This document shows positions 39,336-51,618 of a stretch of 64,000 nucleotides of DNA, piece after piece. The notes under the pieces were generated by a model. The model saw only the letters and a list, made by a program, of their open reading frames with translations, had not been told where the DNA came from and did not search any database. Positions within the stretch are counted from its first letter, which is position 1; each line of letters begins with the position of its first letter. The position numbers were made by a program, and so were the translations under genes. The stretch is from positions 411,794 through 475,793 of the forward strand of contig NW_018408786.1 of assembly GCF_002113885.1 (NCBI RefSeq), in the 5' to 3' direction. The stretch is from Mizuhopecten yessoensis (taxonomy: Eukaryota).

Positions 39336-39750
39336 TCCATGGCGTAACTGTCCAATCCCAGAATCAACGGTATCTGAGGACCCATGGCGTCACTGTCCAA
39401 TCCCAGGATCAACGGTATCTGAGGATCCATGGCGTAACTTCCAATCCCAGGACCAACGGTAACTGAGGATCCATGGCGTAACTGTCCAATCCCATGATCA
39501 ACGGTATCTGAGGATCCATGGCGTAACTGTCCAATCCCAGGACCAACGGTAACTGAGGATCCATGGCGTAACTGTCCAATCCCAGGATCAACGGTATCTG
39601 AGGATCCATGGCGTAACTGTCCAATCCCAGGACCAACGGTATCTGAGGATCCATGGCGTAACTGTCCAATACCAGGATCAACGGTATCTGAGGATCCATG
39701 GCGGAACTGTCCAATCCCAGGATCAACGGTGTCTGAGGATCCATGGCGTA
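39336..39750. repeat. 45-bp minisatellite, ~9 copies
   Basis: Unit gaggatccatggcgtaactgtccaatcccaggatcaacggtatct. Confidence 0.95.
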
Positions 39751-39759
39751 TCTGCCAGG

Positions 39760-40400
39760 TCAGAAGATTTGTTGCCATTGACGTCTTTCGAAGGTATTTA
39801 ATAATCTCGGTCACACCTCAGGAGAACGACGTGGTTAAATTTCACTTCCTTGTTGGTAAAGTATGTAGTAGCGGTTGTTTTTCTACATTATTGTCATTCA
39901 GAGGTGCGCAGGTACAGCTGTGATGCAACGAAAGGAAATACTGCATTGAGCTATTTGCATTAATTTCCATTTTTCCTTCATGAAAGAAAGATAAATGGAA
40001 AAGTTAACTTGAGAATTTAGGAGCTTTATCATTGGCGGTACCATCCATATGAGAACACGTCACCACAACCGCCTGCTATAAAAATCTATATGCCAACAAC
40101 GTGCAATGTACCTGTGGTATGATGCATGTGACGCAGATATTGCATATGTTATTAAAAAGGCGTGTGATTTATATGCTTTAGAAAACAAACCCTCACTGTA
40201 AGATGGGTTATACGACATCAACAGATACTAAATCAGCTAGTTGACCGCTCCGTTCAAAACAACACCATCATATTGACATACATCTCAAGTAATCTTAAAA
40301 AAGTCGGAAACCTGATCCACAGGATGTTCTGGTCTATATAACAAAACCCAGTTGTGTCTCACCTGCCACACTTCGTTGTTTACCTGGGCAAAGAGTTTTG
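39760..40400 (+). pseudogene. Decayed coding remnant, weakly GT31 beta-1,3-galactosyltransferase-like; paralog pieces at 31780-31880 and 34860-35030
   Basis: Ordered fragments VKFHFLVGK, YKNL, LWYDACDADIAYVIKK and QILNQLVDRSVQNN. The paralog differs at synonymous positions. Many stops and frameshifts. Confidence 0.3.
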
Positions 40401-40679
40401 TTAACCGACTCAAGACTGTCTTGTTAACGTCCAATAAAGCATTCCAAAAGTTAAATTCATACATATTCAATTTCAATATAAGAAAGGGAATTTAACAAAT
40501 GCTTTAATAGTTTACAACGCTTTGCTTCGTATACCTGTCTGTGTGTCTTATTAATTGGGTTCAGAACTCCTATTTCAAACTCGATATACGTCAATATCTA
40601 TATAGACCGTCGATATGAATGGATAACAGCGAGAAGTAGAGAAAACCGATCAAGTGGATTGTCTATAAATAATCGGGAT

Positions 40680-42597
40680 GGATCTAGTGTAACGGGGCCA
40701 ATCTAGTGAAATGATGGATCTAGTGTAATACAAGTTATAGGTGTGGATCTAACACAACAGTGTTTTATCTAGTGTAACGGGGCCGACATAGTCTTTAACA
40801 GGGATTGATCTATAGTTTAACGATATATCTAGTGTAACAAGTGTTGATCTAGTGTAACAGGTGTTGATCTAGTATAACAGGTGTTGATTTAGTGTAACAG
40901 GGGTTGCTCTAGTGTTACAGTGGTTGATCTAGTGTAACACGTGTTGATCTAGTGTAATAGGTGTTGATGTAGTGTAACAGTGGTTGATCTAGTGTAACAG
41001 TGGTTGATCTAGTGTAACAGGTGATGATCAAGTATAACAGGTGTTAATCTAGTGTAACAGGTGTTGCTCTAGTGTAACAGTGGTTGATCTAGTGTAACAG
41101 TGGTTGATATAGAACAACAGGTGTTGATCTAGTGTAACAGGTGTTGATAGTGTAACAGGTGTTGATCTAGTATAACAGGTGTTGATCTAATATAACAGGT
41201 GTTGATATAGTGTAACAGGGGTTGCTCTAGTGTAACAGTGGTTGATTTAGTGTAATAGTGGTTGATCTAGTGTAACAGGTGTTGATCTTAAATAACAGGT
41301 GGTGATCTAGTGTAACAGGGGTCGATCTAGTGTAACAGTGGTTGATCTAGTGTAACAGTGGTTGATATAGAACAACAGGTGTTGATCTAGTGTAACAGGT
41401 GTTGATCTAGTATACCATGTGTTGATCTAGTATAACAGGTGTTGATCTAGTATAACAGGTGTTGATCTAGAGTAACAAGGGTTGCTCTAGTGAAATAGTG
41501 GTTGATCTAGCCTAACAGATGTTGATCTAGTGTAACAGGTGTTGAACTAGTATAACAGGTGTTGATCTAGTATAGCAGGTGTTAACCTAGTGTAACAGGG
41601 GTTGCTCTAGTGTAACAGTGGTTGATCTAGTATAACAGGTGTTGATCTAGTTTAACAGGTGTTGATCTAGTATAACAGGTGTCTGTCTAGTGTTACATGT
41701 GTTGATCTAGTATAACAGGTGTTGATCTAGAGTAACAAGGGTTGCTCTAGTGAAATAGTGGTTGATCTAGTCTAACAGATGTTGATCTAGTGTAACAGGT
41801 GTTGATCTAGTATAACAGGTGTTGATCTAGTATAGCAGGTGTTAATCTAGTGTAACAGGGGTTGCTCTAGTGAAACAGTGGTTGATCTAGTATAACAGGT
41901 GTTGATCTAGTTTAACAGGTGTTGCTCTAGTGTAACAGGGGTTGCTCTAGTGTAACAGTGGTTGATATAGTATAACAGGTGTTGATCTAGTGTAACAGGT
42001 GTTGCTCTAGTGTAACATCGGTTGATCTAGTGTAATAGTGGTTGATCTAGTGTAACACGTGTTGATCTTAAATAACAGGTGGTGATCTAGTGTAACAGGG
42101 GTCGATCTAGTGTAACAGTAGTTGATCTAGTGTAACAGTGGTTGATCTAGTGTAACAGTGGTTGATATAGTATAACAGGGGTTGCTCTAGTGAAACAGTG
42201 GTTGATCTAGTCTAACAGATGTTGATCTAGTGTAACAGGTGTTGATCTCGTGTAACAGGTGTTGATCTAGTATAACAGGTGTTGATCTAGTATAGCAGGT
42301 GTTAATCTAGTGTAACAGTGGTTGATCTAGTGTAACAGGTGTTGATCTAGTGTAACAGTGGTTGATCTAGTGTAACAGGTGTTGATATAGTATAACAGGT
42401 GTTGCTTTAGTGTAACAAGGGTTGATCTTGTGTAACAGGTGTTAATCTAGTATAACAGGTGTTGATCTTGTTTAACAGTGGTTGATCTAGTATAACAGGT
42501 GCTGATCTAGTATAACAGGCGTTGATCTAGTATAACAGGTGTTGATCTAGTATAACAGGTGTTGATCCAGGTTATAGTAATATATCTAGTGTAACGG
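40680..42597. repeat. 20-bp minisatellite, ~90 copies
   Basis: Unit gttgatctagtgtaacaggt, degenerate at the left edge. Confidence 0.97.
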
Positions 42598-43444
42598 GGG
42601 ACAGTGGTGGGCCTTAAAACATGTGTAGCTTACTGAATATCCTGACTGAAAGGGCACTGCGTGTAATTAAAAAAAATACGGGTAACGTTCATCATGACTG
42701 GTAATGACTACAATGTTATAATTGATATCATATTCATATACGTTGAACACGTATTATAATTTGTTATTAAAATGGAAAAGTTAGGAAAATCAAGAGTACA
42801 TGTTTTATGCATACAGAGTGTATATGTTCTATTTCTTATTTCTCTTGTAGCAAAAGATGGTGGCGTATGAAGACATAAATGTTTCTGAAATTGAAAATCA
42901 AAGGCGAACAAATGTTTGTATCTTAATACTTTCAATTTCCCTCATTTTTCTTATCAGAACTGTTTTTCCTTATCTTATTATTTTGACTGAGGCCGTTAAG
43001 ACCCATTTATCAAAGTTGCTACTTGATCTAATATATCTAATATATATATATATTTACAAATAAATGCGACACGCAAACAAACTCCTTATACTAGATTACA
43101 TATACTCACAATGTGCCTTGTTCGGCGGTGTCTACAGATCCGTGCCTGTCCAATCGGAGGGTCAACGTCGTATGCAGATATATTGCAGAAAAACTGTAAA
43201 TCAGTTGGTTTGGTGTCATCAGTGCCTTAGGCAGTTGTTTTTTAAGAGAATGTTCATCATCGTTACCTCGGATGGATTTTTTTACAGCAGTGTCTTTCCC
43301 AGCTAGGACCCTCAACAGTGTATCCAGTGTCCTCTCCTACCCGTACGGAACCTGTGGTACATACAGACAGTGGTACGCTGTTGTCGAGGAATTTACAAAA
43401 GTACGGAAGCTCATAACACAAAGAACGTCAGATAATAACAAGTT

Positions 43445-43670
43445 GGTCAGGTGGCGCTGTGGATAGCGCACTCGTCTTTTACCGGGGGCAGTCGGGATTC
43501 GATTCCCCGATCGGATGTGAAAAGGTATGGGGTCACCTGCCCGACTTCGTGGGTTTTCTCCGGGTACTCCGGTTCCCTCCCACGTTAAGGCCCCCACGCG
43601 TTAACAGTCGGGTAAACATTAAGGGTGATTAATATAAGCTGAAGTGTTTTGTTATATAATTGTTGTTAAG
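43445..43670 (+). mobile_element. Second tRNA-derived V-type SINE family, near full length
   Basis: A box gtggcgctgtgg, B box gattcgattcc, core gtgggttttctccgggtactccggttccctcccac; a truncated homolog lies at 35683-35845. Confidence 0.8.
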
Positions 43671-44101
43671 TAACAAACAAACAAAAAATCAAAAAAATCT
43701 GATATACAAAAATTCATATAGCGCTCTATCAAATTTACAAAATTACACTTTACAGAGCATTATAATGATCGTTCTAAAGTTTCTGGAGCGCATATCAAAA
43801 TAAAAGTAATAGTAATAATGTAAATCGTTTATATAGCGCTATATCCTGCTGTAGGGCGCTTTACACTATAAAGAATACATGTACAATTAATATAAAATAC
43901 ATATAAAATACTTAGCCCGATTTTCAAGAATACAGTTTCTTTATACAATAAGCATACATGACGTTCATTTATATATATGTATGTATAGAGGGTGACCTTG
44001 CGTATCCAAACTACCGACGAGAAATACGCTAGTTACTGCTAATATTGATGGTATTACTGCAATTCTAAAACGTAAGCGGGCTAAGAGGACATCGATCCGA
44101 C

Positions 44102-44291
44102 TATTCCGTCTTTGCGTATTGCAGAGTTATCTTCTCTTGGGAGCAGGTATTGATTGTTACGTCATTGGTTTGTGTAAGAAAATGGCGTCGTTTTTTCAAA
44201 AATTGATGACCTTACTCTCACAAACAAGTGACGTAACAATCAATACCTGCTCCAAAGAGAAGATACCTCTGCAATACGCAAAGACGGAATA
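44102..44291. mobile_element. Palindromic MITE, family A, copy 2
   Basis: ~65-bp TIRs tattccgtctttgcgtattgcagag...ttacgtca; the centre is the reverse complement of the copy 1 centre. Confidence 0.85.
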
Positions 44292-44386
44292 ACTGACGAT
44301 GACGTCATTTTTGACACCCACTCTATCTTGAAAAGTTTCAAGGCATAACAGGGATGTATACAAATTTGTTTACTCTGTAAAGTTTA

Positions 44387-44718
44387 GTTTGTTTGTGTTT
44401 TACGTCCTATTAACAGCTATGGTCATTTAAGGACGTGCCAGGTTTGGTTTGTTTGTGTTTTACGTCCTATTAACAGCTATGGTCATTTAAGGACGTGCCA
44501 GGTTTGGTTTGTTTGTGTTTTACGTCCTATTAACAGCTATGGTCATTTAAGGACGTGCCAGGTTTTGTGGTTGAGGAAAGCCGGAGTTCCTGGAGAAAAA
44601 CCACCGACCTACGGCCACTGCCCAACGTACATGTAGGACTTGAACATGCGACCCAGTGGTGGAGGGCTAATGGTAGAGGAATGTCAGACGCCTTAACCAC
44701 TTGGCCACCGCGGACCCC
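44387..44718 (-). mobile_element. tRNA-derived V-type SINE with triplicated 60-bp 3' tail
   Basis: Minus strand reads ggggtccgcggtggccaagtggttaaggcg..gttcaagtcc..ttttctccaggaactccggctttcc. The tail repeats three times at a 60-bp period (44387-44563). Same family as 30425. Confidence 0.85.
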
Positions 44719-46347
44719 ATTTCTGTATTGAGCATTCTTTTGTAAAGCCTTCCACATTATAATATACATCACAATTTGTACAAAATTAATGCAGTTGGTC
44801 AGGAGAGTAATACTTGTTTTATAGTTTAACTGGTCAGGAGAGTAATAATTGTTTTATAGTTTAAACAGTTTCAGCAACGGACTGTTAACAGTGGTTTGCC
44901 TCGTGCGGGAAGGGACATTTACTGCAAACATACAGGCATGCAATTCGTATTTCTATTCTTCCACGAACCCTAGGGAATATCAAAGAAAAATGATAATATT
45001 TGACGTTGAAAGTCTGCCCTGGATACAGGTAACCCACAGGGGCTACCGTATATTTGACTTTTTAAACATCAACCAGGAAGTGATTCAAAATCTGCAGGTA
45101 CAATGTTTGTGTGCAGACAAGCGTAGTAACTCGAGATCAACAGATCAGCGATATACCCTAACATATCTCTACGTATCTGTGTCTATGCCAGCTGTTGTAT
45201 CTTAGCTAAGGCCGATATATCGGGGTAGAATTATATTATTGAATTTCCATATTATAAGTAATACATTTTCTAACTCTTATCTTTGTTGATATAAGGAAAC
45301 CATCTGTAACAGCGTAGCATCGTGATCTCGTGTTTTCAGTTTGCGTGCTTGGATCACAAGTATCCTCGCAACCTCGTGTTTCAGTGTCGATAACTCATTA
45401 AAGATAATTTAAAACAAATGTAATTTTGTGATAGAAATCTTCCACTATGTTAGCCTAGACTTAGCCATTCTAAACTAGTATGGCCTTCTCCCCTTGTGTT
45501 CGTGTTCCAATATTCATGTTTATGATTTTGTAAAAGGACTAACATAATTAAAGAAATCCTTATGGCTGCTCCATATTTATCATTTTCCCTCGTCTTTTTT
45601 GTATTTCCTTGGGAGGGTTTTAAACGAGGGCTTTACTTTGTCCCCTACTCTTACATATTTGTTGTATGCGCCTTCTCCTAGTTTCAATATAACTCTGTCT
45701 ACGATTTTTTGTGTGCCGTTCGAGTTAAAACCTAGTGCAATGAAGTATGAAGCTATGTAAACATGTCATTTGTAAGAAATCGTCAGAAGTGTGTTTGAAA
45801 CTGTTTAGTGCTCTGCGCAAATACTCGGATCAAACACGTGTTCATAGTCACGGAATGATTACGTTCCTCTGTACTTTACCTTTCCATTGAATAAATTCTG
45901 ATGATGTAAAAATTCTAAATTGCAAGCCGAAAGCTAACTTAAAATCTTTTGAATATCTTAACCGATACCGGGCACTAACTTTAAATACATAAATAATAAT
46001 AATAATAAGTAAATGCATGTATTTGTTGTTCAGTTTGTACGTGTGGACATCGTGACAATTGTTTGCCGTATAAAGACATGGAAACTGCATCAAGTTAATA
46101 GAAAACGCGAAAGAATATGTGTAAAACAAAATACATCTCCATGCAGCACAACCGCAGGCATACATGCATAGGGAGATATTAGCCAGGTGGCATAGGACAA
46201 CTACTGTAGTTAGCGTCTGATAAGGAAGTTCCTACAATTCCTCAAAATTGTGTTGATTAATGTGTTAGATTTATTGAATGTACGTGTTATTTGTATTGAT
46301 TGTATAAATGTGTACTGTTAAGTGCTTTAGAGTGGCGTGTACTAGCT

Positions 46348-46426
46348 CATCTTCGCTAGCTAATGGTTACGATCCGGTACGATCCGGTCTTCCGTACCGG
46401 ATCGTAACCTTTGGCTAGCGAAGATG
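46348..46426. mobile_element. Short foldback/MITE-like palindrome
   Basis: catcttcgctagctaatggttacgatccggtacg pairs with cgtaccggatcgtaacctttggctagcgaagatg (34-bp arms, 2 mismatches). Confidence 0.65.
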
Positions 46427-46673
46427 ATTCTAGCTAGATAGGGCGCTATATCAAATATATATTCATTTACATGTATTTATGTATCTTTCTCAATTTTTCT
46501 CTCGCTAGTTTCAAAACTTTTTTCTCGCCGTCTTACTATTTTGAATGGGATTTTAAAGGTTAGATAATTTCGTTAAACTTCGGTACTTTTATTTCTTCTT
46601 TTTAATACTATTATAGTTCTTACCAATACAAACGTCAGACAGACAAGTGACTTGCTCTGTCACGATGGACATG

Positions 46674-46938
46674 GGCCCGTATTCATGAAACCGTTCTCAT
46701 GCTCAAGCATGGATTCTGTGCTCAAACTAACTTTCTTTTAACACACTTACATCATGTCAAACGATCAAAAAGTCAATTATAAACATTGAAAACAGTATTT
46801 GGCTTTAAGTCTCCTTAATATTTTTTCAAAATCATTGACAAATAGAGATTTGTTTATTAACTTATAACCAGAACAAGAAATTAGGCTTGAGCATAAAATC
46901 TATACTTGAGCACGAGAACGTTTTTTATAGGCCTTGGT
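46674..46938. mobile_element. Diverged MITE, possibly PIF/Harbinger-type
   Basis: The left arm gggcccgtattcatgaaaccgttctcatgctcaagcatggattctgtgctcaa is inverted at ~46875-46925 (ttgagcataaaatctatacttgagcacgagaacg). Confidence 0.55.
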
Positions 46939-47120
46939 CTAGAGATCCATACCAGGGTAACTCTCCAAACAAAGGACCAAAGATGTAAGCGGCTACGTGG
47001 CAGTGTATATTTCCACTCAGAGGTTTTAGTGAAACTGATGCCCTTGTCAGTTTTGCTGGGAACATTTTTAAATCTCGTTTCACAGCATCTAATCCGGTGT
47101 CCTTCGCACCAGTACAGAAT

Positions 47121-48668
47121 CTGTGGTACAAGGAGGTATAGTGGTACAAGGAACCTGTGGTACAAGGCGGTATAGTGGAACAAGGTGGTATATAGTGGTA
47201 CAAGGAGGTATAGTGGTACAAGGAACCTGTGATACAAGGAGGTATAGTGATACAATGAGGAGGTATAGTGGTACAAGGAGGTATAGTGGTACAAGGAGGT
47301 ATAGTGGTACAAGGAACCTATGGTACAAGGAGGTATAGTGATACAAGGAGGTATAGTGGTACAGGGAGGTATAGTGGTACAAGGAACCTATGGTACAAGG
47401 AGGTATAGTGATACAAGGAGGTATAGTGGTACAAGGAACCTATGGTACAGGGAGGTATAGTGGTACAAGGAACCTATGGTACAATGAGGTATCGTGATAC
47501 AAGGAGGTATAGTGGTACAAGGAGGTATAGTGGTACAAGGAACCTGTGGTACAAGGAGGTATAGTGGTACAAGGAACCTGTGGTACAAGGAGGTATAGTG
47601 ATACAAGGAGGTATAGTGGTACAAGGAACCTGTGATACAAGGAGGTATAGTGGTACAAGGAACCTGTGATACAAGGAGGTATAGTGGTACAAGGAACCTG
47701 TGATACAAGAAGGTATAGTGGTACAAGGAGGAGGTATAATGGTACAAGGAGGTATAGTGGTACAAGGAGGTATAGTGGTACAAGAAACATGTGGTACAAG
47801 GAGGTATAGTGATACAAGGAGGTATAGTGGTACAAGGAACCTGTGATACAAGGAGGTATAGTGGTACAAGGAACCTGTGGTACAAGGAGGTATAGTGGTA
47901 CAAGGAACCTGTGGTACAAGGAGGTATAGTGATACAAGGAGGTATAGTGGTACAAGGAACCTGTGATACAAGGAGGTATAGTGGTACAAGGAACCTGTGG
48001 TACAAGGAGGTATAGTGGTACAAGGAACCTGTGGTACAAGGAGGTATAGTGATACAAGGAGGTATAGTGGTACAAGGAACCTGTGATACAAGGAGGTATA
48101 GTGGTACAAGGAACCTGTGGTACAAGGAGGTATAGTGGTACAAGGAACCTGTGGTACAAGGAGGTATAGTGATACAAGGAGGTATAGTGGTACAAGGAAC
48201 CTGTGATACAAGGAGGTATAGTGGTACAAGGAACCTGTGGTACAAGGAGGTATAGTGGTACAAGGAACCTGTGGTACAAGGAGGTATAGTGATACAAGGA
48301 GGTATAGTGGTACAAGGAACCTGTGATACAAGGAGGTATAGTGGTACAAGGAACCTGTGGTACAAGGAGGTATAGTGGTACAAGGAGGTATAGTGGTACA
48401 AGGAACCTGTGATACAAGGAGGTATAGTGGTACAAGGAACCTGTGGTACAAGGAGGTATAGTGGTACAAGGAGGTATAGTGGTACAAGGAACCTGTGGTA
48501 CAAGGAGGTATAGTGGTACAAGGAACCTGTGGTACAAGGAGGTATAGTGGTACAAGGAGGTATAGTGGTACAAGGAACTTGTGATACAAGGAGGTATAGT
48601 GGTACAAGGAACCTGTGGTACAAGGAGGTATAGTGGTAAAAGGAACCTGTGGTACAAGGAGGTATAGT
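47121..48668. repeat. Composite 18/16-bp minisatellite with a 120-bp higher-order repeat
   Basis: Units ggtacaaggaggtatagt and ggtacaaggaacctgt; 47821-48360 repeats exactly every 120 bp. Confidence 0.97.
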
Positions 48669-50689
48669 ATTAGAAATATCTTTAAGCGAAATATAGATAT
48701 ATCTTATTCACATTGCAACATATTTAAATGTGATAAATATCTTTATGCGTAACAGAAATATATATACAAGATATACAAGAGATGTCTCTGAATAAATAAA
48801 AATATCTTGAATTCAAATGGAGATAGCTTTCAATTATTTGAAAATATCTTATGTAATTTAGTAGTAAATACATTTACATGTTAAAGCGATATATCTTTAA
48901 ATGTCATATAAATATTTCTAAAATAAAACAGTTTCTTTCAAAAGGAAAAGAGGTATATGTTAATAAATGAAGATATCATAATTTCTGAGACTTTTGAGAT
49001 TTCTGTTAATGAAACGTGACCACAAAATAAGCATTTAAATAACCCAGCAGAAATACAGCTAGTTCATATATATAACAGTATCGCCCTCGTTAAATGTGAG
49101 CGGATTTGGTGTATCTCGATCTTTTGAAAATTCAATGAATGGCATCCCTTTTATCGCCCACTCATACTTAAAAAGTTTAGAGTCCCTACAGGATAATAAT
49201 TTCAACAACATGAACGGACCGGTTAAAGGTTTTACAAAAAAAGCGATCACTGATTCATCGGGCTTTCTTTTGCCAGTCGTAAAAAAAGTCCTTCACTGCA
49301 TTTGTATCCTTCTGAATGGTTTATATACAACAGTCCTGTCTATGCTAAACTACCGACCATTTGGAATAACAAAAGAAAACGATAACGACTTGTTTGGATG
49401 TTGGGTAAATGACTGTCCCCGTGACAAGAACCACACAAGGGCTGCTGAATATTTTACATTACAAACCACAACAAGGAAGTAATTAAAACTCAGGCAGGCA
49501 TAGTAACCCATCGAGGTCAACCAGATATACCGTGTACCTATACCCGTGACACATACACATTTGGCTCTTTGCCAGATCTTGTTTTATGTAGGTTTTCAGT
49601 CATATCCATTATGATTTCTTTTCACTACCTTTCACCGAACATAAAACATTTATTATCTAAAACTCAACACCCATGTTAAGGTGTAATAACGTTTTCCGAA
49701 TCACTGTATCGCGTGCATTAACTTTCCCACGTCACTCTGACCTCACCCGTATGTCAATTTGACCTTGCGTCCGTACATAAGTACACAAGCACTAGAGTTT
49801 ACTGACAACGATGTAGCGTGTCCATAACAAAAAGATACATGGAATGTACTTGTATTCTTGATTTTTTTTATATCATATTTCCTCTTTAATAACTTTTTCT
49901 TTTACTAATAAAACAACAAAAGACTATATTGCTCTTTTCTCATTATATTTTAACTTATAAGTAACCTCGTGTTACGTTTTAGCACGGAATTAGATTAAGC
50001 TATCTAAGTCCGTGGTTTTAGCTTGTAAACTGTGATCGTATATTAGTGTTCATTATATTCCTTTGTTTTTCCAGTGTTAGTTTGGTTTTTCTTTGTACAA
50101 ATGTGTATATGAGACGAGTGCATTTTTGTCAGTAACCAGTGGATTTATTTGATTATTTGATAGGTTGGTTGTCTCAGTCCCAGGATAGGAAAGCAAGCAG
50201 CAATCCTCTGTTTAACATGACGATGAGGAGCAAGACATTGAGAGAAAAAGGTCAATATTTGGACACTGACATTAATATGGCTTAAATCTTGGAACAAAAA
50301 GATAATATCACAGGAAGTTCAAGAACTAGATATCGTAAGGATAGTTTAACTGATTTCACAGGTTTAAGTTTTCTTGTCTGAAAATCAATATAACACCCCT
50401 GTAAGGAGACAATCTTTACAGTATATCAATTTGTTTCTATTGACAGGTGTGTCTTGTTTCATAGCGAGTCTGATGGATCGACAAAGCCCGAGTCAGCAAT
50501 GAGCTGTTTAGAGGGGTCCATTGGGAAACATACCACAGATTAGATCACCTGTTTAGAGGGGTCCATTGGGAAACATACCACAGATTAGATCACACAATGC
50601 CGATTTGTATTGTTTTATTCAGACATCAACAAACTGTATGGGTACAACTGTAAAAATAAAGTCATCGATATTTTGTTTTGTTGATGTAA

Positions 50690-50862
50690 GGGCTATTCCA
50701 GTAAAACACCTATCACACCCCGAACTCCAGATTTTGTTCATGGATACCGCAACAGAATTTAAGTAACGATTTGCATAGAACTAATCGGCAGGAAACCCAA
50801 CCATGGATGGAGGTGACTTAAATTGGAATACTGGAGTTCGGTAAATTTTCACTGTACAGCCC
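50690..50862. mobile_element. Tourist/Harbinger-like MITE
   Basis: taa-gggctattccagtaaaa..ccgaactccag ... ctggagttcgg..ttttcactgtacagccc-tta: imperfect TIRs with TWA flanks. Confidence 0.55.
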
Positions 50863-51264
50863 TTAGCATAGTTCACAATGATGATGCATAAAACAGGTTT
50901 AACATTCATTTTTAAATTGACACCTGGTTAATGTTGTTTTTCAGCTACCACAAGGATAGCATACTTTGAGTTGATGCTTTAATTATAAAATATATATGTT
51001 TATATAATATGAGCATACTTAATCATTAAATGCTAGGATAAGCAACACTTGAGATACTTATTTTGGAAGTCCGCACTGAACACAATAGAGGCACCTGTCA
51101 CTGTTTATAGCTGCCAGTGAGTTGATTGGTCCGTCTCTCGGTATTCCGTTTTGTTGGTCATGTATAACACCAAAGTTATACTTACTAAAGTCATCAATAA
51201 TAAATATAATATTTACGGCCTATGTACACACGAGTTAAAAATGTTCCAGTTAAGAATGATCTCG

Positions 51265-51427
51265 GCATCAACTGTTGAGTCTATGAGGCTGGTCCGGTAC
51301 CTAGGAATTACGTCAGCATCAACTGTTCAGTCTATGAGCCTGGTCCGGTACCTAGGAATTACGTCAGCATCAACTGTTGAGTCTATGAGGCTGGTCCGGT
51401 TACTAGGAATTACGTCAGCATCAACTA
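51265..51427. repeat. 51-bp tandem repeat x3, probably in the TopBP1 3' UTR
   Basis: Unit gcatcaactgttgagtctatgaggctggtccggtacctaggaattacgtca, ~190 bp downstream of the stop. Confidence 0.9.
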
Positions 51428-51618
51428 TCACACTGTCATGATCACGAGGAAGAACTCAGCCTCACCTGTGACACTGTCACCATCACAAGGAATACATAAT
51501 GATCACTGTGGCACACAAATGACCATCTTTCACACAATAAGCCAAGAGGAATGAGCACTTCTTGTTGTTTTGAGTAGACAGTCACTTGTTTGTAACGTTC
51601 TCCTACATGCAGACACTG

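Noticed and set aside
39293-39814. 15-aa repeat ORFs
   Set aside because: By-product of a 45-bp minisatellite; no independent coding evidence.
47089-48657. ~400-aa YHYTSL/CTTIPP repeat ORFs
   Set aside because: All three frames are open only because the units lack stops, and the 16-bp unit shifts the frame constantly. There is no splice or start context.
50505-50593. Short tandem duplications here and at 24218-24341, 56167-56257 and 63548-63660
   Set aside because: Ordinary local duplications, not at splice junctions and with no further structure.
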